NCBI GenBank assembly: GCA_965262715.1
Contig: OZ253553.1
Location: 1,440,001-1,504,000, forward strand
DNA: 64,000 bases
Direction: 5' to 3'
Source: Bdellovibrionales bacterium
GTDB lineage: Bacteria > Bdellovibrionota > Bdellovibrionia > Bdellovibrionales > JAUICD01
Of this stretch, positions 24,475-36,004 are shown piece after piece. The position numbers and the translations under genes are program-made. Position 1 is the stretch's first letter. Each line of letters starts with the position of its first letter. The notes under the pieces were generated by a model. That model was not told the DNA's origin. It made no database searches and saw only the letters and a program-made list of their open reading frames with translations.

Positions 24475-25416
24475 TTACCATAGTGTTAATGTGTATATAT
24501 AAATTCCATAAAGCAGTAACAGAAAGATACCTAAGCTACGATGAAAGAGTTTTGTATAAGCAGATAATGCTATTAGAAATATGGTTATTCCAAAAAGCCA
24601 AAAGTAATCATATTGCATGATAGACTTAGATATCAAGAGTGGCATGCTTAGAGATGCTAAGCCAGTTATTAAAAGAGTGTTCATAATATTTGATCCAACA
24701 ACATTAGCCATAGAAATATCATATCGCTTCTTAAAAATAGCGACTATAGAAGTTGCAAGTTCTGGAAGCCCTGTTCCTACCGAGACAATAGTTAGACCAA
24801 TAATTCTTTCTGTCATTCCTACACTTTTTCCTAAATAAATGGCTCCTAATAAAAGCAAATGAGCTCCTCCTAGTAGAAAACCAATACTTACAGAAAGAAG
24901 TACCCAATCCATAAAAAGGGAAGAGTTGTTTAATACATTGGTACATTGATCCTGAGATTGTATGTCTTTTTTTTGCTTAATAGCAAAATATAAGAAAAAG
25001 CAAAATAAAATAAGGAATACAAATCCATCTAAGCGAGTAATGCTTAGGTCCTGGCCTAAAATCCATAAAAGGCAGGTGGCCAAGAAAAGGAATATCCATT
25101 CTGTTTTTATAGATGTAAATATACTTTGGAAAGGCCTTAAAACGCAAGCAAATCCAATCACAGCTAAAAGATTGAAAATATTGGATCCTACAATATTTCC
25201 TAGTGAAATATCTGGAATACCTTTAACAGATGCCATAATAGAAGTAATCAACTCTGGAAGAGAGGTGCCAAGAGCTACAAAAGTCACAGTAATGAAAGAT
25301 GCTGGAAGATTTGTTTTTTTAGCAATATCAATGACTTTTTTAAAAAGTAAATTTGCTGATGCAATAACTAAAGCCAGACCTAATATTAATTGTAAAACAG
25401 AGATGACCATTTCCAT
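24475..25416 (-). CDS. Calcium/sodium antiporter (YrbG/CaCA family)
   Basis: Duplicated GTSLPE/GTGLPE and GNIVGSN/NVVGSN alpha repeats. Confidence 0.93.
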   Translation of the reverse strand: MEMVISVLQLILGLALVIASANLLFKKVIDIAKKTNLPASFITVTFVALGTSLPELITSIMASVKGIPDISLGNIVGSNIFNLLAVIGFACVLRPFQSIFTSIKTEWIFLFLATCLLWILGQDLSITRLDGFVFLILFCFFLYFAIKQKKDIQSQDQCTNVLNNSSLFMDWVLLSVSIGFLLGGAHLLLLGAIYLGKSVGMTERIIGLTIVSVGTGLPELATSIVAIFKKRYDISMANVVGSNIMNTLLITGLASLSMPLLISKSIMQYDYFWLFGITIFLIALSAYTKLFHRSLGIFLLLLYGIYIYTLTLW

Positions 25417-25486
25417 CTTTGATAAGTCCTTTTATGCCTTTTTAAAATCAAACAAACCCATAAGAGCTGTTATAATACAAAGGAAG

Positions 25487-26761
25487 TTATTGTGATGTTT
25501 TATTTGATGTTTTAAAAACTTGATAAGCAGTTAAATAATTATAAGCTGTAAGCACATCAAAGTCTTTTTCTAAAAGATTTTTCTTAGATGGATTTTCTTT
25601 TACCTGTAAGAATTCTTCCTCTTCTTTTTTTAAGGCTCCTTTTATATCACTTTCTCTTCTTATTTTATGCTTTTTTAATGCCTTTTTATAAGCAGTTAAA
25701 TCTACTGGATCAATTTTGACATTTGGAGTAATACCTTGAGCCTGGATAGACTGTCCATTAGGCGTATAATAACGCGCAACAGTTATTTTTAAAGCAGAAC
25801 CATCTTCAAATCGAACTAATGATTGAATAGATCCTTTTCCAAAACTCCTCCTCCCCATAATTAATGCTCTATTATGATCTTGAAGAGCCCCTGCAAGAAT
25901 TTCACTCGCGCTTGCTGAATATTCATTGATCAATACAATAACAGGAAAATTCTTATCAATAAAACTATTCTCTTTTGCATAAATAGTATCATTTTTACTT
26001 TTATCTTTTCCCTTTATAGAAACAAGTGTTCCTTTATCAATAAATAAATCTGTAACCTTGATAGCTTGGTCAAACAATCCTCCTGGATTATTTCTTAAAT
26101 CTAAAATGATGCCCTTTAATCCGCTTTCTTTGTTTTTATGTTTTATTAATAAATCTTTAAGATCATCATAGGTCTTTTTGATGAAACTGGTGATTCTGAA
26201 GTAAGCGTAACCAGAATCTAAATCAATATACTTCACAGAATGAACAATCACTTGACCTCTTTTAATTTCAAAAGTTTTTGGAGCCTTCTCTGCTTGACGT
26301 ATAATTTGTATCTTTACTGTTGTGCCAATCTCACCCCTCAGTCTTTGTCCAATCTCAGATAAACTCAGTCCCTTTATTGATTCATCATTGATAGTAATAA
26401 TTTTATCACCTGCTTGAATACCCACCTTCCATGCTTGAGAATCTTCAATAGCAGAAAGAACTGTTAGAGCCTCATCTTTAAGAGTGACTTCAATGCCAAG
26501 ACCCCCAAACTCTCCTGAAGTACTAGATTGAAAAGATTTATACATTTCATCCGAGAGAAAGTGTGTATGAGGGTCTAGTTCCTTTAACATACCCTTAATA
26601 GCACCATATATGAGATTCTTAGTATTCACTTCTTCCACATAATATTGTTGTACAATGTGCAATGCCTTTGTAAACACAGAAAGCATTACATAATTGTTCT
26701 TCGCAGCATTGACTCCAAGAGAAATTAATAAAATAAAAATAATTAATGGCCATTTCCACAT
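25487..26761 (-). CDS. ctpA: C-terminal processing protease, S41 family with PDZ
   Basis: LDPH, GEFGGLG, DLRNNPGG, SASASE, SFGKGS. Confidence 0.93.
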   Translation of the reverse strand: MWKWPLIIFILLISLGVNAAKNNYVMLSVFTKALHIVQQYYVEEVNTKNLIYGAIKGMLKELDPHTHFLSDEMYKSFQSSTSGEFGGLGIEVTLKDEALTVLSAIEDSQAWKVGIQAGDKIITINDESIKGLSLSEIGQRLRGEIGTTVKIQIIRQAEKAPKTFEIKRGQVIVHSVKYIDLDSGYAYFRITSFIKKTYDDLKDLLIKHKNKESGLKGIILDLRNNPGGLFDQAIKVTDLFIDKGTLVSIKGKDKSKNDTIYAKENSFIDKNFPVIVLINEYSASASEILAGALQDHNRALIMGRRSFGKGSIQSLVRFEDGSALKITVARYYTPNGQSIQAQGITPNVKIDPVDLTAYKKALKKHKIRRESDIKGALKKEEEEFLQVKENPSKKNLLEKDFDVLTAYNYLTAYQVFKTSNKTSQ

Positions 26762-26850
26762 AACTATTTACTCCTCATAATCATAATAAGATAACTATTA
26801 TTGTAACTAGTTTTGTGGAAGATTAACTAGAATCCTATAAGTCTAGTTTC

Positions 26851-27192
26851 TGTTTCCCTAAAAATAAACCAGCCTCTGGCTGTTTTTGGGCAGTCAGCCT
26901 GAAGACTCACGTCTTCAAGAAAATGCTGACTGCCTCAAAAATCCGTTTATTTTTAGGAGGGAGACTCCCCTTGTTTTTTTACATCATGTTAAGGAAACTT
27001 TTTTGTAAAATGTTAGATCATTGTCTGGAAAAATCCGTTCATGCTGTTTCACTAAAATGTATCTAGCCTCTGGCTGTTTTTGGACAGTCAGCCTGAAGAC
27101 TCACGTCTTCAAGAAAATACTGACTGTCTCAAAAACCTGTTCATTTTTAGGAAGGAGATTCCTTTCGTTTCTTTACATCATGTTAAGGAAAC
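26851..27192. repeat. Palindromic element family A, tandem copies 4 (26851-26998) and 5 (27045-27192)
   Basis: Near-identical direct copies with a compensatory G-C to A-T stem change (GCAGTCAG/CTGACTGC vs ACAGTCAG/CTGACTGT). Confidence 0.9.
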
Positions 27193-27345
27193 TATTTCAC
27201 ATTAAAAATGTCCCTTACTCTTGACAAGCAGGCAAACTAGAAAATCTGGAAAACTTTATCCAGCAATAGTTCCCTGATACTGGCACTGTTTGCCGGTTTG
27301 CCAGAATCCCGGATAAAAAGATTGCATTAGTTATAAATTAAAGAC

Positions 27346-27494
27346 ATTTCCTTAACATCTAGTAAAAAAACGAAGAGTATCTCGTTTACTAAAATGTATC
27401 AGGCTTTCTAGGCAATGACCTATTTGCTGATGGTGTCAACCATCAGGGTCATTGCCAGAAAGTAGCCAGAGGCTAGATGCATTTTAGTGAAACA
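27346..27494. repeat. Palindromic element family A, copy 6 (reverse orientation)
   Basis: GGCAATGACC/GGTCATTGCC stem; abuts the stop codon at 27495. Confidence 0.85.
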
Positions 27495-27773
27495 TTAGTG
27501 AAATAGCTGCCCCGAGTGAAGGAGAGTCATTACCGTGCGATGTTGGCTTTGCATAGCTAACTGAATGCAACTTAACTTATTATTACTGATAGAAGAATTA
27601 TTTTCTGTAGAAATAAAATCTGTATAATTGGATGTCACAGTTTTAACAACAGCTCCATTTTTAAAGACCTTTGTCACAATAGAAGACTTAGATTCTCCCC
27701 AATCTTCTGTTTGAATATGATAAGAACAACCTTTAAGACAAATATCAGAGTTAAATCCTTTTACAAATATCAT
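27495..27773 (-). CDS. Conserved hypothetical small protein
   Basis: KGFNSD...YHIQTEDWG...VFKNGAV resembles a Bdellovibrionota/myxobacterial domain (from memory); AAGGA RBS. Confidence 0.7.
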   Translation of the reverse strand: MIFVKGFNSDICLKGCSYHIQTEDWGESKSSIVTKVFKNGAVVKTVTSNYTDFISTENNSSISNNKLSCIQLAMQSQHRTVMTLLHSGQLFH

Positions 27774-27923
27774 TTCTATTAGTCCTTTTTTAACTATTTT
27801 TTAAGCTCTACTTAATGACATATTTTTTTAAATAGCTCTAAGTCTTAAATACCATATTATAAGTCTAAAATTCAATCCTCTTATTTAAAGTTATATTCAC
27901 TATGTTATATCATTACATATTAT

Positions 27924-29741
27924 ATGCAGTTACAATCATTCAGACTTCTTTTTGGTATCATGTATCTATTCACACTCTTTTTATCTGAAGGGTGTTCTAA
28001 GAAAAAAGAGGATACATCAGGCTTACCTTTGCCCAGGGAAGAGCCCCTTTGTGATACAAAAAATTTTACAAATACTGTTGCCTTTTCAGGAAAAGCTGTT
28101 TTTGAATATAGGGCACCTAAACCTGACCCTAATATTGATGAAGGATGCTTTGAAGAAGGGGTCTTAAATGGTCTTAGTAAAATTTGTTCACCAAAAAGTA
28201 TCCGCTTTGCAGATATAGAGATTTTATCATCACAGAACTGTATTACATCCGGACAAACAGATAAGAATGGTGAGTTTTCCTTAGAAGTTCCTTATGAAGA
28301 TCAGAGAGAATATACTATTAAGGTTATGTCTAGGGCTGATAACAATCAAGTTAAAGTGAGTGTTCAGGATGATCCTCATAAAGCTCAAAATCATTTTGTA
28401 TCAAAAAAAGTTACACTAGAAAATAGGTCTTCAATTGAAAATATAACGCTTACAGCACCAGCAGATGAGACCGGAGGTGCCTTTAATATTTATAATCAGA
28501 TATTAGAAGCTAATCTTTTTTTAAAAGAACAAACTAAAGGCTGTCAAAACTTTGTTTCAAGTTGTCAGCCTTTCACAGAAGCACCTAAAGTCTATGCATA
28601 TTGGAAAAAAGGGTTTAACCCTGTCAAATATTTAAGTGACTCTTCAACAAGTAGTTTTAGTTTTTATCTTCCTGACCGCAGGCAGCTTTTTATTGTGGGA
28701 GGGTCTAATGATAACATAGAAACAGCAAATACTGACCATTTTGATAACGTTATTATTTTACATGAATACGGTCACTTCATTGAAGAAGTCTTTTCTAAAA
28801 TAGATACTCCTGGAGGTTCTCATAGCGCTAAATATACTATTGATCCCAGGCTAGCTTGGTCAGAAGGTTTTGCCACATTTTTTGCAAGTGCTATTTTAGG
28901 TAAAGCCAGTTACGTTGACTCTCAAGGAATTGCTCCTAAAGGACTATTAAAGATAAATGAAGACCTAGAAGCTCACCCTCCAACAAGAGATATTTCTAAA
29001 GCTGATGGAGAAGGAAATTTTCGAGAGTTCTCTATAATAAGAACTCTTTGGGATATGATAGAACCTTATACCCACAATTCTACAACCATTGAAAGTCAAG
29101 ATGATGACCTTGTTAATGAGGGTAGTATTAAGGAATTTTGGAGTATTTTCTCAGGACCTTTTAAAGATGAAAAACATCGCTTCAGAGATTATGGATTGTT
29201 TATGTCTCTGCAAAATGAATTAGCAAATAAAACAAACTTAAGCACTCTTTTTGAAAGAGAAAAACAAAAACCTAATAGAGAAGACTTTGCTGCTCCTTTC
29301 CCTATTCCACAAGATAGAAGATCCTCTGACTGCCCTACAGCAATAAAAGCAACAGACCCAGATAGAGGAGAAAGAGACCGAATCCTCTCTTATCCATTAA
29401 GTTCGAATCAACACAGCTCTAATGATTTTTATCTCTATGAACATAAAGGAGGACGCTTATCAATAGACTTAACCTATAACCCAACAGATGCAAATACTCT
29501 AGATAAGAATAAAGCTGATTTGAATCTTTATCTTTATAATGATAAATACTCTTACCAAGAAGAAGATGATATGGTAGGATCAAGTGACGATGGAGATGAT
29601 GAGGGATCAGAAAACATACAAGTTGACACACCTAAGGGTATTTATATGGTGAATGTAATGGTATGGACAAAAAGAGGAACAAGCTTAGGAGATGAATCCA
29701 CTTATAATCTTAAAATTAATGGAAAATCATTATGTCCTTAA
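27924..29741 (+). CDS. Secreted or lipoprotein zinc metallopeptidase with C-terminal PPC-like domain
   Basis: SEGC lipobox-like; ILHEYGH...AWSEG gluzincin pattern; DLNLYLY...GIYMVNV. Confidence 0.8.
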   Translation: MQLQSFRLLFGIMYLFTLFLSEGCSKKKEDTSGLPLPREEPLCDTKNFTNTVAFSGKAVFEYRAPKPDPNIDEGCFEEGVLNGLSKICSPKSIRFADIEILSSQNCITSGQTDKNGEFSLEVPYEDQREYTIKVMSRADNNQVKVSVQDDPHKAQNHFVSKKVTLENRSSIENITLTAPADETGGAFNIYNQILEANLFLKEQTKGCQNFVSSCQPFTEAPKVYAYWKKGFNPVKYLSDSSTSSFSFYLPDRRQLFIVGGSNDNIETANTDHFDNVIILHEYGHFIEEVFSKIDTPGGSHSAKYTIDPRLAWSEGFATFFASAILGKASYVDSQGIAPKGLLKINEDLEAHPPTRDISKADGEGNFREFSIIRTLWDMIEPYTHNSTTIESQDDDLVNEGSIKEFWSIFSGPFKDEKHRFRDYGLFMSLQNELANKTNLSTLFEREKQKPNREDFAAPFPIPQDRRSSDCPTAIKATDPDRGERDRILSYPLSSNQHSSNDFYLYEHKGGRLSIDLTYNPTDANTLDKNKADLNLYLYNDKYSYQEEDDMVGSSDDGDDEGSENIQVDTPKGIYMVNVMVWTKRGTSLGDESTYNLKINGKSLCP

Positions 29742-30304
29742 AACATAGAATTTATTTTAACAAATCAACATGGACTAACATATTAATTATCATGCTAGTG
29801 ACTTTAGGACTGTATCAAGTGACTTCTTATTCTATTTCTTTATCCCAGATATCTAATGAAAATAAAATAGATGTTTTATCAAGAATACCAAATAATTTTA
29901 ATCATTTTGGAATAGAAATTCAAGCCGAATCCACAAGTCAAAATTTAATACTGCAAAGCAAAATAGGCATTCAAGTTGTATTAACTATTTCTGGATCAGT
30001 AGAAGATCTTTATTTGGACTGGGCCTTAGAGCAAGATATTAATATCACTCAGTCAGAGCTACCTACAGAAACTATTTCTTTTAATGAAGCCCAAGAATCA
30101 CCTATAACATACAGTGCAGAAATTCAAATCACAGGAGATCGTCCTCATATCATTGTTCAAGCATACACTCTAGGAGATGAAGGAGAAAAAATAGGAGAGA
30201 GCGCTGAGCTTTACTTCAATTCAAATGGAACTCATTTTCTTCCCAACACACTTTCACAAGATGAAATAAACATCAGAATTGATCCTAACAAAATCATTCG
30301 ATAA
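29732..30304 (+). CDS. Exported hypothetical protein coupled to the peptidase
   Basis: Overlaps the upstream stop; N-terminal hydrophobic segment. Confidence 0.65.
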   Translation: MSLKHRIYFNKSTWTNILIIMLVTLGLYQVTSYSISLSQISNENKIDVLSRIPNNFNHFGIEIQAESTSQNLILQSKIGIQVVLTISGSVEDLYLDWALEQDINITQSELPTETISFNEAQESPITYSAEIQITGDRPHIIVQAYTLGDEGEKIGESAELYFNSNGTHFLPNTLSQDEINIRIDPNKIIR

Positions 30305-30373
30305 ACTCTATAGGATGAGGATATTTTTGTTTTCTTACATAACTTATCTTATGCAACTTTTATAACTTTAAGA

Positions 30374-30594
30374 GACCTTGTTGCACAAACATCAACTTTA
30401 GTTTATCTGCTAGAGATTTGTGACAGCCTTCTGAAATAGGACTAGGCCAGTACCTTAGGAGACAAAGTTTGTATGAGATATTTTATTCTAAATAAAATCA
30501 TAAAGTAACAGCAATGCAAGGTACGGGGGTTGCCTAAGGCCTATGAAAGAAGGCTGTCACAAATCTCATTCTTAAATCTTTGTGCAACAAATCC
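30374..30594. mobile_element. MITE family C, copy 2
   Basis: TTGTTGCACAAA/TTTGTGCAACAA ends; perfect 20-bp internal stem GAGATTTGTGACAGCCTTCT/AGAAGGCTGTCACAAATCTC. Confidence 0.85.
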
Positions 30595-30677
30595 AAATCC
30601 GTTCATAACTACTTAAGCAGCTTTTTTTCTGGGATCCAGCCTCCGGGATCTGAGGAAAAGTTGAACCAAAAAAATAT

Positions 30678-33350
30678 CTATTCTCTGACTAAGGCACTTG
30701 CGCATTCTGCATTTCTATCTTTAAAAAACCTTCCTATGTCATAGTTATAAGCTCTATTTTCCGCAGAAAGAGGTATGTAATGCTCTTGAGTCGAAACTCT
30801 TTCTCTTGCTTTTTTCTCATCGCTATCAAGAGTATCTATTAATTGATCTAGATTTTCTCTAGGACCATAGTTTTTCACAAGATTTTCAATGTCTTGATTA
30901 TCAATATAAGACCTAAAAGCTTCCCAATTTTGTTCATAAAATAACCCAACTTCCTCAAGCATCCTGTAAAATAAAATATCTGGCTCTTCTGATACCCTTA
31001 CACTCTCATTCAAAGTTTCATCATCTGCCATAAGATTAAGCCCACTTCTTAGATAAAAGAACTCCTCTGTGGTATTCTGTTCTAAAAATTTAAACAATTC
31101 TTCTTGTTCAAGATTTTCATATCTTTCCCAAAAAGACAGATAAACATCTGCAATCTGTGAAATATCCGCATCAGGACCTAAAGTTATAGAGTAATCATGG
31201 GCCTTAACAGTTTCAAACAAACCATGAATCACTGCTGCTAGATTCTTAAAAGAAGCTCTGGCTTGTTCTCTATAAGTATTTGTCATTGCTACATTATTTT
31301 GTTTAAGTGTTTCAAAGAAGTCCCTTTCTAAAACTGCTAAAAGTCGGCTGATTTGTCTTCGGTTATCATATAAAATTAGCTCCTGCATAGACAAAAACAA
31401 CACTTCCTGATGAACTTGCAATCTTTGTAAATGCTGCTTTTCCTCTTCAGTTAAGTTTAAATCTAAATCACCATCTTTAAGACCCTCCCTGTTTTCCTTA
31501 CTAATATGCCATCTATGCCATAATGAAAGTATTCTTCTATAAGTTCGCTCTATATCTAAAAATGCTTTCCCTAATCCGGACTGCAGAGAGTTTAAATAAT
31601 TCCATGCTCTCCTATCATCTAGGAGACCTCTTTGTTGAAAGCTAAGCACCTTCCTTAATAAGATAAACTTTCCTACTAAAGAAGAACCAATTAAAGAAAA
31701 TAACCCTAGATTAATACCAAAATCATCTAAATTAAGACCAATAGAACTAGCCATACGATTCATAGATTCAGGTAGTCTTCCAAGACCTGCTAAGTGAAAA
31801 AGACGAGTTACATCATAAAAAAAGTATCTTGTCCAAAGATAGTCAAAGTTTTCTCGATTCCAATTCGTGAATTTCATTTTCCCTTTTTTCACACCTGCAA
31901 GTTCATTTACAAATGCTTGTTCTGCCCACCACACTCTAGCAACACCATTTAAAAGGATATTAGGAATAGCAATTAAATTGATGACAGTAAAAAGGTATAA
32001 TGTTGTTAACCAATTATCTGAGTATCTCAAATCATTAAAGTATGTAGAAAATAAAAATCCATAAGCTAAAATGATGCTCGAAATAGAGGATCGAACAGCC
32101 TTAGATCTAAGTGTTTCTTTCCAATCGATAGAGTTGAAATATTGCCGCATATCTCTCATAGTAGCAGCATGGTCTTTTCTTTGTATAAGTCCCATTGGAC
32201 CCATGTTAAGCCAATAGCGATAACTGGAAGGAAAAGAGCAAGGAACAAAAGCTAGCAGAGCTCCCATAGTCATAATAGATGTAAAGTTGACACTCTCTCC
32301 AGTTAAGCTTTCTTTAGCAAGTCCCACTCCTCCCATAAGACAAGCTTGAAATACCGCTTTAGAAGTTCCAAAACTTAAATCATTCCATGTTATTGGAGAT
32401 CTAATCACATTCCAATAATCTATAAAATGCAATCGCCTATGCTTCCTTCTTGCTGACTGATAGTTATCTGGATCTGTATAAAACGGGATAGGCCTTTGGA
32501 ATTCACCTAGTGACTTCTCAATGCGAGGTGAAACAACTGCTCTGGTACTACCTAAGCCGTCAACCCATAAAAAGATCACATCTCTTCCTTTCTGATGATC
32601 TAGGCGGCTCGCACCTGCTACAAAATGTTGCCTTGCTTCAAGTCTTCTTAAATGAAGACTGTCTCTTGAAATAACTGACTCATTTAAAATATAAAAGACA
32701 GTATCTGTTGTCTCATTGATGACTCTAACCACAAATTGAAGATCAACTTGTGATAGCTCGGCTATGCCTATCCCCTTTACTTTAAAAAAGAGGTTGTTCG
32801 TATGCATTAATCTCTGTAATTCTTCTAAGACAACTTGATCATCCTGACCATGCTCGGCCTCTATATTCTGAATGATGTCTTCAACCTTTAAAAGCAGTGC
32901 GTTATGTAAATAATAAATCTCATGAATCATTAACTGAGGGTCTTGCAAGTATTCAATAGAACGGCCTAACTTGGTATGAGGGATATAATGTTCATCTGGA
33001 AGTGGCAAATTGGAAGGCCCTTCATAGTCTCCGGGCATAAGAGAAAATGATCCCTCATTGATTGTAAGAGGTACATTTGGATCATAAGAGTCAAGATATT
33101 CAAGTTGATCTAGAGATTTTAAGGAACGCCCGTTAGGTTGATCTATTAAAACATCACTATCTGGAACAGGGTTATCTAGTTGAGTTGTCTGAGAAAAAGT
33201 GTATGTATTTTGAAAAGTAATTAAAATAATTAACAAATAGGATAAAAACTGCCTCTTAAGAACAGAAGTCTTGTCCTTAGATGCATTTTTTAATAAAAGA
33301 TGACCTAACATTAATCTCATTTCTTTATGAGTTCCAATAAAATTGTGCAT
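30678..33350 (-). CDS. Large exported or membrane hypothetical protein
   Basis: 890-aa ORF with a signal-like segment and central hydrophobic helices; start uncertain. Confidence 0.75.
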   Translation of the reverse strand: MHNFIGTHKEMRLMLGHLLLKNASKDKTSVLKRQFLSYLLIILITFQNTYTFSQTTQLDNPVPDSDVLIDQPNGRSLKSLDQLEYLDSYDPNVPLTINEGSFSLMPGDYEGPSNLPLPDEHYIPHTKLGRSIEYLQDPQLMIHEIYYLHNALLLKVEDIIQNIEAEHGQDDQVVLEELQRLMHTNNLFFKVKGIGIAELSQVDLQFVVRVINETTDTVFYILNESVISRDSLHLRRLEARQHFVAGASRLDHQKGRDVIFLWVDGLGSTRAVVSPRIEKSLGEFQRPIPFYTDPDNYQSARRKHRRLHFIDYWNVIRSPITWNDLSFGTSKAVFQACLMGGVGLAKESLTGESVNFTSIMTMGALLAFVPCSFPSSYRYWLNMGPMGLIQRKDHAATMRDMRQYFNSIDWKETLRSKAVRSSISSIILAYGFLFSTYFNDLRYSDNWLTTLYLFTVINLIAIPNILLNGVARVWWAEQAFVNELAGVKKGKMKFTNWNRENFDYLWTRYFFYDVTRLFHLAGLGRLPESMNRMASSIGLNLDDFGINLGLFSLIGSSLVGKFILLRKVLSFQQRGLLDDRRAWNYLNSLQSGLGKAFLDIERTYRRILSLWHRWHISKENREGLKDGDLDLNLTEEEKQHLQRLQVHQEVLFLSMQELILYDNRRQISRLLAVLERDFFETLKQNNVAMTNTYREQARASFKNLAAVIHGLFETVKAHDYSITLGPDADISQIADVYLSFWERYENLEQEELFKFLEQNTTEEFFYLRSGLNLMADDETLNESVRVSEEPDILFYRMLEEVGLFYEQNWEAFRSYIDNQDIENLVKNYGPRENLDQLIDTLDSDEKKARERVSTQEHYIPLSAENRAYNYDIGRFFKDRNAECASALVRE

Positions 33351-33584
33351 AGTGACTTATAGTGTGATAGTGAGCTATTTGCTTTTGTAAGCTTCTGGAG
33401 GTGCAATACTTGCCTCATACCTATCTCACCTTTATTTTTGATTTAAAAAGATCTTAACTTATTAGCCTTTTACCCTTGATTTCTTTTGATTTCTTTTCCA
33501 CATGGAAATATCTTATAAGATGTATTAAATCAATTTATTTTTTATAGACAAAATTGGGTATTTATCATATCTGAAACCAAATAT

Positions 33585-35360
33585 ATGAAGGGGAGTGCTT
33601 TGTCTTATCAAGTTATTGCCATTAAATGGCGACCTCAAACGTTTCAAGAGCTTATAGGACAAGAGCATGTCACACAGACATTAACAAACGCCATTAATAG
33701 CCAAAGAATTCCACATGCCATTTTATTTACAGGTTCTAGAGGTGTTGGAAAGACATCAGCTGCAAGGATTTTAGCTAAAAGCTTAAAATGTTCTCCTCAG
33801 CCTTGCAATCAGTGCGCTATTTGTAAAGAAATTTCTAGTGGATCTCATATCGATGTGATGGAAATTGACGGAGCAAGTCACAATGGTGTAGATGCTATAA
33901 GAGAAATTATTGACAAGGCTAGTTATTTGCCTTTGCAAGGTCAGTACAAAATCTGCATTATTGATGAAGTTCACATGCTTTCTACCAGTGCTTTCAATGC
34001 TCTTTTAAAGACTTTAGAAGAACCGCCTGCTCACATGAAGTTTATATTTGCTACCACTGAAATTCAAAAGATTCCTCGAACTATTTTATCACGTTGTCAG
34101 AAGTTCCACTTCCGACAAATCTCTACAAAGCTCATATTTGAACACCTCCAAAAAATCTGCAGAGAAGAGAAGGTGCAAATTGACAAAGAAGCATTATGGT
34201 CTATAGCTCGTCATGGAGAAGGCTCTATGAGAGATAGTCAGAGCCTACTTGATCAAACCATTACTTTCACTGGTAAAGATAACCACATCGCATTAGAGCA
34301 AGTCATTGAGCTTCTAGGATTAACTGACCGTCGTTTTATATTGGACACAGTCACTGCCCTTTGTGAGCAAAATCCTTCACAAATCTTAAGTATTCTCTTA
34401 GAACTTCACAGCTCAAGTTATGATCTCAAATCATTTATTAATGATTTGATTGAAGAGATTAAAAATCTACTTTTTATTAAAGAATGCGCAGCAAGTGATG
34501 TGACCTCATTTGTAGATCTACCTGACACAGAAATTGCAAAACTAAAAGAGCTGGCTCAAAAAATCAAAAAGGAGGATATTCACACTCTTTTTGATATGGC
34601 TTTAAAAGGAAGCTTAGATATTTTAAAAGCTCAAGATGGCAAAATCGTTTTAGAAATGCTTTTATTACGAATGGTTCATGCTCCCAGGTACGTCAATATT
34701 TTAGATTTAGAAAAAGCTATTTTAAATACATCCAGTCAGACCATTAGACAGCATATAGAAACTCAGCCAGTCATTAAAGAACTAGCAACACCGACATCAA
34801 ACAAACTTGCAGATAGTAGCCAAATAGAAAAACAAAAGCAAGTGCCAGCTAATGTAAACCAAAATAATGAAAGTGAGAATAATAACCTTTCTTCTCAAAA
34901 CAACCAGATACCACCTACTCAAAAAGTTACAGGAAAAAAAGAAGAGACACTTATATCTCAGCAATTTTCTGAGTTTGTTGCAAAAATAAAGCAAAAATCC
35001 CCTTTATTAGGAGCTAAGCTTGAAAAAATTTCTTTAGAAAATGTAGATGGTCATACAGTTTTTTTATCTCTTCCTACTGATAGGAGTTTCTTATTATCTC
35101 AACTCAAGTCTCAACAGAATCTTAAAGAGATGCAAAAAGAAGCTTTAGACTTTTGGCAGAAAGATTTAACATTTCAATTTCAAATAAAACAAAAAAATAT
35201 ACAAAATTTTTCAAACAACCATATAACTGAAAATACAGATAAACAAAGTAAGCTTATTGATGAAATTGAAAGCCTTCCTATCATTCAAAAGATAAAATCT
35301 ACATTAGATGCAAAAATGCAAAATGTTGTTAAGAGCCACCCTCAAAATACACTTAATTGA
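33585..35360 (+). CDS. dnaX: DNA polymerase III gamma/tau
   Basis: KWRPQTF, GSRGVGKTS, IIDEVHML, SRCQ. Confidence 0.98.
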   Translation: MKGSALSYQVIAIKWRPQTFQELIGQEHVTQTLTNAINSQRIPHAILFTGSRGVGKTSAARILAKSLKCSPQPCNQCAICKEISSGSHIDVMEIDGASHNGVDAIREIIDKASYLPLQGQYKICIIDEVHMLSTSAFNALLKTLEEPPAHMKFIFATTEIQKIPRTILSRCQKFHFRQISTKLIFEHLQKICREEKVQIDKEALWSIARHGEGSMRDSQSLLDQTITFTGKDNHIALEQVIELLGLTDRRFILDTVTALCEQNPSQILSILLELHSSSYDLKSFINDLIEEIKNLLFIKECAASDVTSFVDLPDTEIAKLKELAQKIKKEDIHTLFDMALKGSLDILKAQDGKIVLEMLLLRMVHAPRYVNILDLEKAILNTSSQTIRQHIETQPVIKELATPTSNKLADSSQIEKQKQVPANVNQNNESENNNLSSQNNQIPPTQKVTGKKEETLISQQFSEFVAKIKQKSPLLGAKLEKISLENVDGHTVFLSLPTDRSFLLSQLKSQQNLKEMQKEALDFWQKDLTFQFQIKQKNIQNFSNNHITENTDKQSKLIDEIESLPIIQKIKSTLDAKMQNVVKSHPQNTLN

Positions 35361-35372
35361 TAAGGAATATCC

Positions 35373-35987
35373 GTGACCTCTTTAACTCCTTCACTTGATC
35401 AACTCGTTAAACAGCTTTCTAAGTTTCCTGGTGTTGGAGAAAAAACAGCATTACGCTTAGCTTATTTTATCCTAAAATCTAAGACTTTTAATAGAGAGCT
35501 GACAGAAGCCTTTAAATTGGTCAAAGAAAAAATAAGAACTTGCTCAGAATGCTTTGCTTATACAGAAGAGGTATCTATTTGCCCTATCTGCTCTGATCAA
35601 AAGCGTCCATCTCATACGCTTTGTGTCGTAGAGGATGCTTCAGATATTTTTAGAGTGGAATCTTCAGGCGTCTTTCATGGAAAGTACCATGTCCTTCAAG
35701 GCAGCTTATCTCCTTTAGAGGGTATTCAACCAGAAGATTTAACTATAGATGCCTTACTTCAAAGGGTGATGAATTCTCAAAAGGCAACCGATCCATTAAA
35801 AGAAATTATATTTGCTCTTGACGCTGATTTAGAAGGCGACACAACAGCTCTTTATATCTCTAAAATGTTACAGTCTTATGAGATAAAAATAACAAGGCTA
35901 GCATCAGGTGTTCCTTTTGGTACAGATATAGACTATATTGACAATAGGACTTTAGGTCGCGCATTAGAAAATAGAGTTCAACTATAA
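35373..35987 (+). CDS. recR: Recombination mediator RecR
   Basis: PGVGEKTA, C4 zinc finger, Toprim EGDTTA. Confidence 0.97.
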   Translation: MTSLTPSLDQLVKQLSKFPGVGEKTALRLAYFILKSKTFNRELTEAFKLVKEKIRTCSECFAYTEEVSICPICSDQKRPSHTLCVVEDASDIFRVESSGVFHGKYHVLQGSLSPLEGIQPEDLTIDALLQRVMNSQKATDPLKEIIFALDADLEGDTTALYISKMLQSYEIKITRLASGVPFGTDIDYIDNRTLGRALENRVQL

Positions 35988-36004
35988 ACAAAAAGTAAAC
36001 TACT